DNA of 51,399 nucleotides from Candidatus Moraniibacteriota bacterium (GTDB lineage Bacteria; Patescibacteriota; Minisyncoccia; Moranbacterales; UBA1568): NCBI GenBank assembly GCA_037201605.1, contig JBBCGM010000006.1, positions 1 to 51,399 of the forward strand, read 5' to 3'. Shown piece by piece: positions 36,830 to 46,145 of this stretch (position 1 is its first letter; each line of letters starts with the position of its first letter). The notes under the pieces were generated by a model. It saw only the letters and a program-made list of their open reading frames with translations, ran no database searches and was not told where the DNA came from. The position numbers and the translations under genes were made by a program.

Positions 36830-37786
36830 TTATTGTGTAAAAAAATCGGAACGCGAAATTACCTTTCGGTCGTCACACTTTAAAATAGCAAGGCAGCGGC
36901 GCGCCAATTTCGGAACGATTATTGGAGCCCAATCTGGCTCGACCCGCCAGCCCCCCCAATCAATCCCTGTTCCATCGCTTTTCTGTGCGTGGCTCTGTGA
37001 TTTTTGGGCTGAAATCGAAATAATACCGCTTGAGGCGCCTTTAACTCTCACCGGCGTCGTACGATTTATTGTCGTCCCATCCCCAAGCTGTCCATCGGCG
37101 TTGAGCCCCCATCCCCATACGCTGCCATCCGATTTCAGGGCGAGGGTGTGGGAAGCCCCTGACGAAATGGCACAGACATCCGCTAAGTTGCTCACTTGCA
37201 TCGGGCTGACTATCTGCCTGGACTTGCCAACTCCCAACTGACCATTGGAATTGATTCCCCACGTCCAGACCGTGCCATTGTCTTTCAGGGCGACGCTATA
37301 ACCAACACCTGCGGCGACCTCCTTCACTCCTGCAAGACTCATAACTTGAACTGGATTAGCGCGATCCATTGTCGTCCCGTCACCGAGCTGCCCATTCGCA
37401 TTTGATCCCACCGTCCACACCGAACCGTCGTTTTTGAGAAAAATGGAATGTGTCAGTTCCACATCTACTCGGTATGAAGCACTGACAACGGCGCTTTCCG
37501 TATGGCCTGTAAGAAAAGCCTTAACCTTGAGGGTTGATCTCTTGGTAATGGGGATAGTGCCTCCCGAGCCAACCGAAGCCGAACTTGGTGTTGGTACCGA
37601 GCTATCCAGCGTGAAATGGATTGTCGCGGCAGGGGTGGCGTCTGTCACGGTCACATCGAATGGACTGCACGATTGCGCACTCATGATGCTCAGGACGGGA
37701 GCCGCCACGGTCTCAGCCCGAAGGAATCCTCCCCCAATCAACAGATAGACAGCGACAATCCCACATCCCGCGCGCATTGATGACAT
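36830..37786 (-). CDS. Small secreted Fn3-associated domain plus RCC1-repeat protein
   Basis: Signal peptide, VAAPVLS..TIHFTLDSSVP and three full RCC1 repeats. Paralog of the N-terminus of the giant gene. Confidence 0.8.
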   Translation of the reverse strand: MSSMRAGCGIVAVYLLIGGGFLRAETVAAPVLSIMSAQSCSPFDVTVTDATPAATIHFTLDSSVPTPSSASVGSGGTIPITKRSTLKVKAFLTGHTESAVVSASYRVDVELTHSIFLKNDGSVWTVGSNANGQLGDGTTMDRANPVQVMSLAGVKEVAAGVGYSVALKDNGTVWTWGINSNGQLGVGKSRQIVSPMQVSNLADVCAISSGASHTLALKSDGSVWGWGLNADGQLGDGTTINRTTPVRVKGASSGIISISAQKSQSHAQKSDGTGIDWGGWRVEPDWAPIIVPKLARRCLAILKCDDRKVISRSDFFTQ

Positions 37787-37883
37787 TCCTCTTGGCTAAC
37801 ATGAAACAGGGAATTTTCTAGCTTTAACCACAGCGACGAAAAGACACGCATCCTCGACTATTGACGCATGCAATTCCAAATCC

Positions 37884-38775
37884 TTAAAGCAATGCCACGA
37901 GCATGATTCCCCCAATCACGACGAAACTGCCGATGGCCTGGAGCCTCGTCGATTTCTCCTTGAGGAAGACGCGACCGAGAAGGATGGTCGGCAGGGAAAA
38001 TGCCCCACTCAGCATCGCGACGACGCTTGGGTGGCGATATTGCACTGAACCCGTATGAAACGGCGGCGAATGCTTCCACGTCGAAAAGGCCAACAAGAAA
38101 GATGAATTTCCAGAGGCCTGTATCCGAAAAGACAAGTCTTTTGCCGGTGGCGGATGCGTAGAGGAAAAGAGCAACGGCGGAAAAGATGCGAATGACCAAG
38201 AGAATCGGAATCCAACTCATGCCATGAATGAACCGGTCAAGTGCGATGAGCCAGAGGGAATACAGGCACACGGCTAGGAGTATTTCCGGCAATCCCTTGA
38301 TATCCGACTCTCCTCTTTTCCTTTGTCCGGTCATGAGGAGCCAAATATCTCGCGGGTTTCCGTTGATGAACACGACACCCAGGAAAACCACCGCGAAGGC
38401 CAGTTGCCGATACAAAGGAATGACCTCGTGGAAAAATATGGACGAAAGAATGGCGACCACGACGGCATAGCTTGCGAAAATGGGGCTGAGGAGGCTGACC
38501 TTGCCCTTGCCGAAGGCGACATAGGTCGGGATGTACGACAGGCCGCTCCATACGCCGAGGAGCATGAGCCAGAGCCACCCTGGAGTGTTTAAATGAGGCC
38601 ACGACGGTTGATAGGCGAAGACTATACCCAACGGCACAATGCCCACGCATTGCGTCCAAAAGAGGCTCGGTACATCGCCGATACGATCGATGACCTTCTT
38701 CGCAAAGAAGTCGGCAAAGCCCCAGCCGAGCATGCCGCACAGGCCGGAAAGGATGGCGACGAGAAGTTCGGGCAT
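37884..38775 (-). CDS. EamA/DMT-family transporter (one frameshift near the C-terminus)
   Basis: About 10 TM helices. LGWGFADFFAKK, GKVSLLSPI and GRVFLKEK..Q.IG. Confidence 0.88.
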
Positions 38776-38791
38776 GACGGCGATATCGCGA

Positions 38792-39946
38792 CTAGAGCGC
38801 GACGACTCTAGGCTTGGCAAAGCCATTGAATTTCGTGACCAGAGGAAACGTGTACGCGCCTACGTCCCGTATGATGAGCCGGTCCCCCCGTCGATATGCT
38901 TCCCGGCAGGCAGGCGTGCTTGGTAATCACATCAAGGCCGTCCCCCGTCGGTCCGGCCACGACAAACGGGATCGCCTCTTCCGAAGACTTGCGGAGGCGA
39001 AGCGGCTCGATGCGGTACCGCGTGCTGCCTTGGCACGCCATTGCTTCAAACATGGCGTTGTACACGCCTGCGTCGAGGTAGAGCCACTCCCCGCCGGAGC
39101 GGGTCGCCCTTCCGATCACCCGCGCTACTAGCACAAAGGCATTGGCGACGAGCGCCCTGCCGGGTTCCGCGAGATACGAAACTCGATACGGCAAAAGCTT
39201 AGTCGCAGCGTGAACATGCTCCGCGATCTCTTGGATTCCCGGATACCCGTCGCCGTCTTGGTAGCTGTGCGGAAATCCTCCTCCGATGTTGACGACCTCA
39301 ACCTCGATATTTCTTCGGGCAAGTTCCGTCATCGCAGCGCCAATATCCCGCACCCCGCGCGCCCATGCCTCTCCGTTTCTGGCTTGGGAGCCGACGTTAA
39401 AGCTCATGCCGTACGGCACCAACCCCGTCTCCTTCGCTGTACCAAAAGTTCCACAGCCTCCTCCTGGGAAGTGCCGAATTTTTCCGCCAAGTTGAACACG
39501 CTTCCCGACTTATCGTCCACGTGGGTGCGGACGTAGACGCGGCAACCAGGTGCCTGCCTCGCGATCTTTAGCAGTTCCTCTTCCGAATCGAACGCGAAGC
39601 GGTCCACGCCGTATTCCACGAAGTCCTTGATCTCGGATTCAGCTCTTACCGAGGTTCCAAAAATGATCCGATTCGCCGGAACGCCGATTTCCTTGAGCAG
39701 ACGAAGCTCGTATTTCGACGCGACCTCGAAACTCGCTCCGCCTCGGTGGAGAAGCTCCAGCACGCGCTTCTCCGAGTTCGCCTTCATGGCATAGCAGATT
39801 TCCGTGTCGGGCAAATGCGCCCGAAATGTCATCAGATTGTCGAGGAGCGCCCGCTCGGAAAACACGAAGTACGGAGTGCGGTGGCGCAGTTCTGCGAGCA
39901 TTGCGCGGTCAAATTCAGGCTGCGAGCACAAGGAGTAGTCGCTCAT
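38792..39946 (-). CDS. Type III PLP-dependent (ornithine/diaminopimelate decarboxylase family) enzyme (frameshifted)
   Basis: TPYF, YAMKANS (PLP lysine), FEVAS, KFG, SFNVGSQ, NIGGGFP, EPGR, GPTGDGLD and DVGAY..FNGF. Confidence 0.88.
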
Positions 39947-39977
39947 GCACGCGCGCCTGTCGAATCAGGCATGCCTT

Positions 39978-40819
39978 TCAAAGATGGACTCCCAAGAATA
40001 GATGCGTCTTCGCCGGCCACGGGCCGTTTTCGCACGAGGTGAGGAGCACGGTGTCGAAGTCTCGTCCGGCCCCGCACTCGAGGCACGGGTACCTGCTCAG
40101 GGTGTCTGACTTCACTTTTCGGAATGGATTGCGGAATAGTCTTCTTCGAAGATTTCTCCAGGCGATCTGAAAGAAACTGGAGTGCTTGCTCGTTTTCCGC
40201 GCCGTCACCACCGAGCCCAAGGCGACGATGGTTTTCCCCCCAATACCAGTCGTCCTTGTGAATCTTCCGAAGGTGAGCGCCAAAACAGAGAAGCTCGAGA
40301 AAAGTGGCGGGGCGGATTCTCATTGTCCGAAACTTCTCCTGCACGAAATAGTCGGTCGGGCCGGAGAGGCCGCTAAAGTCGGGGTCGGTCACTTCCACGA
40401 GCGCGAAATTCCTCAGCCCCTTTTCCTCGTGGGCGTAAGGGAATGCGGATACGTCAATGTCCTCGGGTGACATCAGGCATCTCGCCCGCCCGGCGAGCTC
40501 GACCATGCCCAAGGAAGAATCCACGTCGGCCCTGTAGCGAGGATTGGATTGGGAACGGCCCCCGTGGGCTATCTGCTGGGCGATCGCCAGGTCCCTTGCC
40601 CCTGCCGACCTTGATGGTATCGAGGTTGATTCGTCCCTCCGAATCCCGCTTCCCTCTATACACCACGAGCGCGATCTCGCCGTCTGCCATCCATTTGACG
40701 GGCCGCAGATTATCGCCCGCGAGCATCCAGTTGAAATGACGCATCTGAAGGTCATTGCGAACGAATGCCTTTTCGAACTTGCGGACTTGGTCTGAGGTGA
40801 GGACAAACTTCTGTTCCAT
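39978..40819 (-). CDS. Hypothetical protein, paralog of 40829-41371 (frameshifted)
   Basis: Shares RPATFLELLCFG..IVALGSV..YPCLE and a C-terminal W..LFLGV with the neighbouring ORF. Confidence 0.6.
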
Positions 40820-40828
40820 TTTCTTTCC

Positions 40829-41371
40829 CTAAGAAACGCGGGCTTTGAGGCGAAGAAGTCGCGACAGGAAACTCTTCTTGGGCCGATACGCGAGGAAGCG
40901 GTAGTGGGGTTCCCAGCCCCGTTCCCAGCGACAAACGTCGAGGAAGAGAGCCCGAGAGGAATTGAATGTTTCAAGGCACGGAACAGCGTGACGCCCGCGA
41001 TGCCGGCTCACGGAGCCGAGCGCATTTATTGGATGCTTGAGTTGCTCCTTCGGCCTCTGTTTCCCGAAGCAGAGCAAGTGCTCGATCATGGCGGGCTTCC
41101 ACCCGCCGCAGGCCTCGTGGAAGCGGATCTGTTCCACTGCTCTCCACGTAGGGAGGTACGAATTGAAATGAAACAGGCCGAGTTGGAAACGAACGGTCTC
41201 TCTGCTGTCTTCAACAAAAAACAAAGTCGATGTAATAGCCCTGTCCAGATGGGTGCAGTCAGTAGCAACAACCATCTGCTCAAGAGACATCCGGTAGTCG
41301 ATGGCGACGTCAAAAGTCGTGACGATGTCAGGCACACGATTGGAATTGTGGCGTGGTATCGCCTGTTTCAT
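40829..41371 (-). CDS. Hypothetical protein, possible CLec-like fold
   Basis: IDYRMSLEQMV, LFHFN, KPAMIEHLLCFG..Q..PINALGSV..VPCL and a terminal WEPHYRFLAYR. Confidence 0.6.
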   Translation of the reverse strand: MKQAIPRHNSNRVPDIVTTFDVAIDYRMSLEQMVVATDCTHLDRAITSTLFFVEDSRETVRFQLGLFHFNSYLPTWRAVEQIRFHEACGGWKPAMIEHLLCFGKQRPKEQLKHPINALGSVSRHRGRHAVPCLETFNSSRALFLDVCRWERGWEPHYRFLAYRPKKSFLSRLLRLKARVS

Positions 41372-41516
41372 TTGCGGTTCTTTTCGTCCCTTCAAGAACG
41401 AGGGCGAGGGATCTTGGCTTCGGGCGGCCTTCCGCAAGAAAGAGTAACGACTCGCATGTATCGAACGTAACGATTGTAACGGTTGGATGCAAACGAAAAG
41501 GCACGAAAGTGCTGGA

Positions 41517-41708
41517 ATGAAGAAGGACATCAGCATGACCGTTCGGCTGGAGGCGCCTTTGGGAGAACTTGTCCAAAAGCTCGCCAAGGACGACGACCGC
41601 AGCATTGGCTATGTCCTGCGCGAACTTATCGTCGAGGCGCTCCGGACAAGGAGGCTTCTTCCCAAAGAGAAGGTTGGCTCGTCTAACCTAAAAAAGAGCG
41701 CTTCATAA
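41517..41708 (+). CDS. Ribbon-helix-helix (CopG-like) DNA-binding protein
   Basis: ISMTVRLEAPLGELVQKLAKDDDRSIGYVLRELIVEAL has the beta-alpha-alpha RHH pattern. Confidence 0.75.
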   Translation: MKKDISMTVRLEAPLGELVQKLAKDDDRSIGYVLRELIVEALRTRRLLPKEKVGSSNLKKSAS

Positions 41709-42257
41709 ATTCGACGGGAGTAAAGCTGTATCCGAGGGAGGAATGCGGTTTCCCGTCCCTTTTAAGCCGCAAGCAATGGCCAGAGCCACCGCATCGAAGA
41801 TGTCCATGCGGTAGTCCTCGCTCATCCATGGACGACGCTTCGGCGGCAGTCGAAATCCCAATTCGTGGGGAAACCGGGCCGCAAGCATTTCGGCGACGGC
41901 CTGCTTCGTCGCTTGATCGTGACCGAAGAGTATCTTCTTCACTCGTTCCCGCGACAGCAACAAGACCTTGATCTCTTCTCTTTCCGCTACGGCAACAATT
42001 TCGGAAATAAGCTGACGTATTCGCGGAGATCGGCGTGAAGTCGGTGCCGAGGCATCGTCCAGCACAATGATGCCCGGTTGGTAGGTTTGAATCAATTCCA
42101 CTGTCTTGGCGAGGCAAGCCGTCTTTTTGTCGCCGCGAATCGACTTAACGCCCCAATCGACGAGTTTTTCCTGGCTCTCGAGAACAGCGAAACCAAGCCC
42201 TCTTGAGGACGGAGCTACGGCCAACACACGGAGCTGTCGAGTGTTAATCTTTATCAT
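41703..42257 (-). CDS. RNase H-fold (RuvC/YqgF-like) protein
   Basis: RVLAVAPSSRGLGFAVLE, YQPGIIVLDD, ATKQAVAEML and IFDAVALA follow the RuvC-like layout. Confidence 0.65.
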   Translation of the reverse strand: MIKINTRQLRVLAVAPSSRGLGFAVLESQEKLVDWGVKSIRGDKKTACLAKTVELIQTYQPGIIVLDDASAPTSRRSPRIRQLISEIVAVAEREEIKVLLLSRERVKKILFGHDQATKQAVAEMLAARFPHELGFRLPPKRRPWMSEDYRMDIFDAVALAIACGLKGTGNRIPPSDTALLPSNL

Positions 42258-42610
42258 CGTGGATTGAGTACGGCTTCTGCAAGGGCGGCGAGTCGTCCTG
42301 CGGACTCGAGCTTCCGTTCCGTGTGCCGAGTGATCGTTTGGAGGGCAACTTTGAATCGCAGGGTTTTAGCCCGCTCTACGACCTTGTCTTCCTCCTTCCT
42401 ATACATCCCGGCAAAAAGCACACGAACAGGCGTTTGAAAAATGGCTTCATAGGCGAGTGCGGCCTGAAGGCTTGGCTCACGCTGGAATCGCTCGTCGCGG
42501 CAGACCTTGGCTCCGCTCTCCAATCCCAAGAGGAACGCAACATCGTCCTGGGAGAGTGCCAGGCGCTTTCGATGGGATCGCAGGTAATTCGGGAGTTGAG
42601 GTGAAGGCAT
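42254..42610 (-). CDS. XRE-family HTH protein
   Basis: PNYLRSHRKRLALSQDDVAFLLG..VCRDER..REPSLQAALAY. The stop overlaps the next ATG. Confidence 0.8.
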   Translation of the reverse strand: MPSPQLPNYLRSHRKRLALSQDDVAFLLGLESGAKVCRDERFQREPSLQAALAYEAIFQTPVRVLFAGMYRKEEDKVVERAKTLRFKVALQTITRHTERKLESAGRLAALAEAVLNPR

Positions 42611-42989
42611 GTGTCTTAAGGCGGATGAACTCGAATTGAGTTCAGGCCACACAATATCCGATGGTCGAAATCACCAAGGAGTGAACCTTTGCCGGAATCG
42701 GCAAGTTTGCACGCAAATGCCGAGCTCAATGGCCCGGCAACGGTGAGCTATTAAACCACAGTTCTTATATATTGTCAAATGTGCAACGAGTTGGATCGAT
42801 ACACAACAAGATGAGTGCGCATTAAGCCCCATTATCTTGCCTAGCAAGGCAAGAGTTGCCGTCTATTGCATGGATAAACGAATGTTATTCTTTGCTCAGA
42901 TGCCAACAAACAACTTTTTAGATATAGCCTCGTTGATAACTATCAGGTTCTCGACGCGGAGCCAAATAAAGCATAAGATACTTTTGTCA

Positions 42990-43350
42990 CTACGAAAAAG
43001 ACCCTTGTGCGGGTACGTCTGCGCCGGGCGCGTTTTTATCAAAATTTCCATTCTCTGCTATAATCGATTTTCGGACATCGTCCCACATGCGGAGCAAGAT
43101 AGGACGGACAGATGCAAAAACCTCGTTTGAGTCAGACGTATCAACGATATTTCTAGGTTCGAACCGTGGATTTTGGCATCTTGCCTCCTTTAAGCCTTTC
43201 GCCAATATGTTCGCCCATTCTTTGTTGATAATGCTCAGTTTTTCTTCGTTCCAGATTAGGTTCGAACCAAATTCAGTAAGGGTTTCTCTTTTGGCCTTAA
43301 TATCGTCCGATTCCATGATAGTCACGAATTCCCGAGTAAGATCGGCTACC
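42990..43350 (-). pseudogene. Probable C-terminal remnant of a second large serine recombinase
   Basis: DIKAKRETLTEFGSNLIWNEEKLSI...RFEP...LLRMWDDVRK resembles tails of large serine recombinases as I recall them. No catalytic domain lies upstream. Confidence 0.45.
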
Positions 43351-43672
43351 GCGACGGGTTCACGCGTGAGGCGTGGAGCACGACGGGTTAACGAGCGTGA
43401 CGACTTTTGCGTCAAGACACCGCAATTGCGGTTGGGATGGAGAAAGTGCGCCGTGAATACGGCGTTTGGAGACTTAGCCGCGCCGACTGGCGCGTCCATT
43501 CTATGCATCAATGGTATGATGCCACGCCCTGCCAAGTGCAGGGCGATTCGGATTTCAAAACCAGCCGCCATTACCTCGCCGGCATGCCCCCACGCATTTT
43601 GCCGTCGTTGCCCCGGGAAAGTTCAATTCACGGGACTTTTTCCCTGGCAGGGGTGGCGGCTGATCTTGGAAT

Positions 43673-44071
43673 ATGAATGACCACGAACCACAAATCATCA
43701 TCGGAGAGCGTCACGGTTGGGACAAATCCCAGCCTTTTGGCATTTCCCAAGTAGACCAGCGCCAGCACATCTACATCATCGGGAAGACTGGTTCCGGGAA
43801 AACCACGCTATTGCGCAACCTGATCGTCCAGCACATTGCTCTGGGCCACGGTGTGGGTCTCATCGACCCACACGGCGATCTTGCCGAGGAGGTGCTTAAC
43901 CATATTCCATCGTCTCGGGCCGACCATGTGGTTTATTTCAACCCAGGTGACCTCGAATTTCCAGTTGGGTTGAACCTCCTGGCAAACGTATCCTCGGACA
44001 AGCGCCATTTGGTGGCATCAGGCGTCGTGAGCGCGTTCAAGGGCATTTGGCGAGACTCGTGGGGGCCCCGT
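43673..44071 (+). CDS. N-terminal 133 aa of the split VirD4/TraD-like coupling ATPase
   Basis: RQHIYIIGKTGSGKTT (Walker A), LIDPHGDLAE and PVGLNLL, ending WRDSWGPR. The ORF then runs into antisense primase sequence. Confidence 0.9.
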
Positions 44072-44080
44072 CCAGCATAC
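44054..44080 (-). repeat. Right inversion junction (27-bp imperfect inverted repeat with 11386-11412)
   Basis: The minus strand reads GTATGCTGG-ACG-GGGCCCCCACGAGTC, with the core at 44069-44071. Confidence 0.75.
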
Positions 44081-44678
44081 GCGACAATCCGGCCTTCCGG
44101 GTTATGGATGGGAATGGCAATCCGCTCGGCCATGATGCCCTTGGCGCATAACCCCAACGCCAAATTCCATGATGGTTTCCGGTGCAAGACCGCGCTCCTC
44201 AAGATATGGATGATGAGGATCGAGCTTATCCAAACAGAACTTGAGGGGCGCATTCGGCGTGGACTTCTCCTCCTTGGGAACCGCCTTATTTGCTACTGGC
44301 TTGGTTTTTGGAACCTTGTCCTTCTTTGGGCTTTCGCTTCTGTCGCGCTCATCCGGGCGGGCCGTCACGGCCCTCGGGATCGAGGTGAAACCACTCGATG
44401 GCCTTAAGCGCCGCCCCATGAATGCTCACGTTCTCCATCCTGGATATGAAGTCGAGGACGTTACCGCCGCATTTGCACTGGCTGAAGCAGTTCCAGATGT
44501 TTTTAGAAAGGCTCACCCGGAACTGCGTCGGGTTCTCGCCTCCGTGAATGGGACAGGGACCGCTCAGGCTGTCTGCACTCCTTTTGAAGCGATCAAGTAG
44601 ATCGTACTGAACGAGCACCTGCTCGATGGTGATGGCCGCCTTGACGGCCTTGAAGTCAACGAACGTATGTTTGGGCAT
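44069..44678 (-). CDS. N-terminal half of the split DnaG-like primase (CHC2 zinc finger), frameshifted
   Basis: FVDFKAVK, GPCPIH..WNCFSQC..GGNVLDF, HPYLEERGL..FGVG and RIAIPIHNPEGRIVAYAGR, ending at the junction. Confidence 0.9.
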
Positions 44679-44811
44679 ACTCCTCCTGTGGTTACTGGTT
44701 TGTGGAACACAGCGGCTCAAGACATTGAGCCTATTCCATGGCGCATTGTACGGGCGGCGAAGGGGACAGGTAGGCGGGGAGATGTGTCGAAAACGGCAAG
44801 AAGAGGACTCG

Positions 44812-45733
44812 TTAGCTCAACAAAGTCGTCGTTTCGTCCCGCCTGCCGGTGCTCCATGTCGTGGAGAGAATCGACTCCGGCTTTTCCAAGATAGTGCGGT
44901 CGGCGAATAGATAGAGTCCGTGGCCGCGCTTGAGCCCCGCGCAGGCCTCCACGAGCGACTTCACGCGCGTGGCGCTCGCGGTGACCGTGAGCACGCGAAA
45001 GCGATTGAAGCCAAATTTCTTCTGGTGAATCGACTGCGACCACGTCGCCTCGTATGCGAGGAATTTTCGGTACATGGAAGTCTGGTATAGATGCCGACGT
45101 TTGACGGGCATGGTTCCACGGTCGGCTTCCAGGAAGAAATGGATACGGTTCTTGCCTTTCTCGTCGGGGAACTCCAAGGCGAAGACGCGATCTGGAACGA
45201 CGCCCAGATTACCGCTTCCTTGAATCTTGACCCTCCATTGAAAAGGCGAGCGTACCTCAATCGCTTTCTCCTGAAAAAGTTCCTCCTCGGAGATGAGTCG
45301 AATCGATCCTGACTGGCGACAGGCGAGTTCAAGTGCGACCATCACCTCCGAAACCAGGAGGGCGTGCTCAAGGAATATCCGGCCAACGGCGCGGTTTTTC
45401 TCACCCCAGGACAATTTGGACGAAGCAGAGCCACGCTCCTGCCGCATGAGCGGCCCCTCCCTTATTCCCGAGGCCGTACACGAGGGGCCGAGGGCCGTAG
45501 GAATGATAGTAGTCGATCTGGGCGCGGGGACGTTCGAGATATCCGTGGTGGTACAGCAAATGGAGGCGTCGGAGGACTTGCTGGGAGCTTTCGCCGATGA
45601 GGGCGATTATCTGATTGGAACGGAGAAAACGATGCCGGTGCACCAACCGGATGATCTCGCGGTCACCAGACACCAGAATCAACGGGCTAACTGGACGGCA
45701 GCGTTGAAAACAAGAAGTGCGTGAAGACGGCAT
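44812..45733 (-). CDS. Replication-relaxation family protein (putative relaxase; one frameshift)
   Basis: Winged-helix start DREIIRLVHRHRFL..RRLHLLYHHGYL, then FLEHALLVSE, VPDRVFAL, FFLEADRGT, KFLAY and FRVLTVT. Confidence 0.85.
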
Positions 45734-46145
45734 GTTGGGATTATGTCCAAAACAATAGGAGCCAAATAGACGTCAAACTTTGCGACTTTAGCCTTTTCCT
45801 CTTAATAGCGCAGAGGGAGATCAAGACCGGAGGGTTGATAGCTGCGAGGCCGGAAGGTAGAAATGTTAATCGGGACGCTTAATGCTTAGATGCAAATCCT
45901 GACATGCGGCCTTTGAAAGGCGTGTCGCTTATAAATCTGCTTGGAGTCACCAGTTGCAATTCGGCGTCGATGCAACTTAAAGCATGTCAAGAAACAGTGC
46001 TGCGTCAATTTTGCCTGCCTCCCGTTTGAATTCGTTTTTGTATCACGCCGTAGAAATAAAACATGTTTGCTACTCATAATGATTGACTTCCGTTGTGATC
46101 ATTCTTGTATTTATGTTGCAAGCACTCCAAAACAAGGAAACTACC

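Larger units (their letters stand above)
11395..44071. mobile_element. ~32.7 kb inverted segment
   Basis: Reverse-complementing this segment restores both the primase (VAYAGR|FPGE) and the coupling ATPase (SWGPR|TEYLL) in frame at the junctions. Confidence 0.85.

Noticed and set aside
27800-37450. Regularly spaced ~150-bp repeats (e.g. CCGTGCCATCGCTTTT) as CRISPR or non-coding repeats
   Set aside because: They are the coding RCC1 repeats (LKSDGTVW), with third-position variation.
39978-41371. Diversity-generating retroelement
   Set aside because: No reverse transcriptase and no TR/VR pair were seen in this window. Only a weak resemblance of the proteins to DGR targets remains.
43350-43571. 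N-terminal half of ORF 42990..43571 as coding
   Set aside because: It has no recognisable protein character and overlaps repeats and palindromes. It is more likely non-coding DNA fused to a gene remnant.
43673-44407. 244-aa ORF as a complete ATPase
   Set aside because: Only the first 133 codons are ATPase. The rest is the antisense strand of the primase gene beyond the inversion junction.
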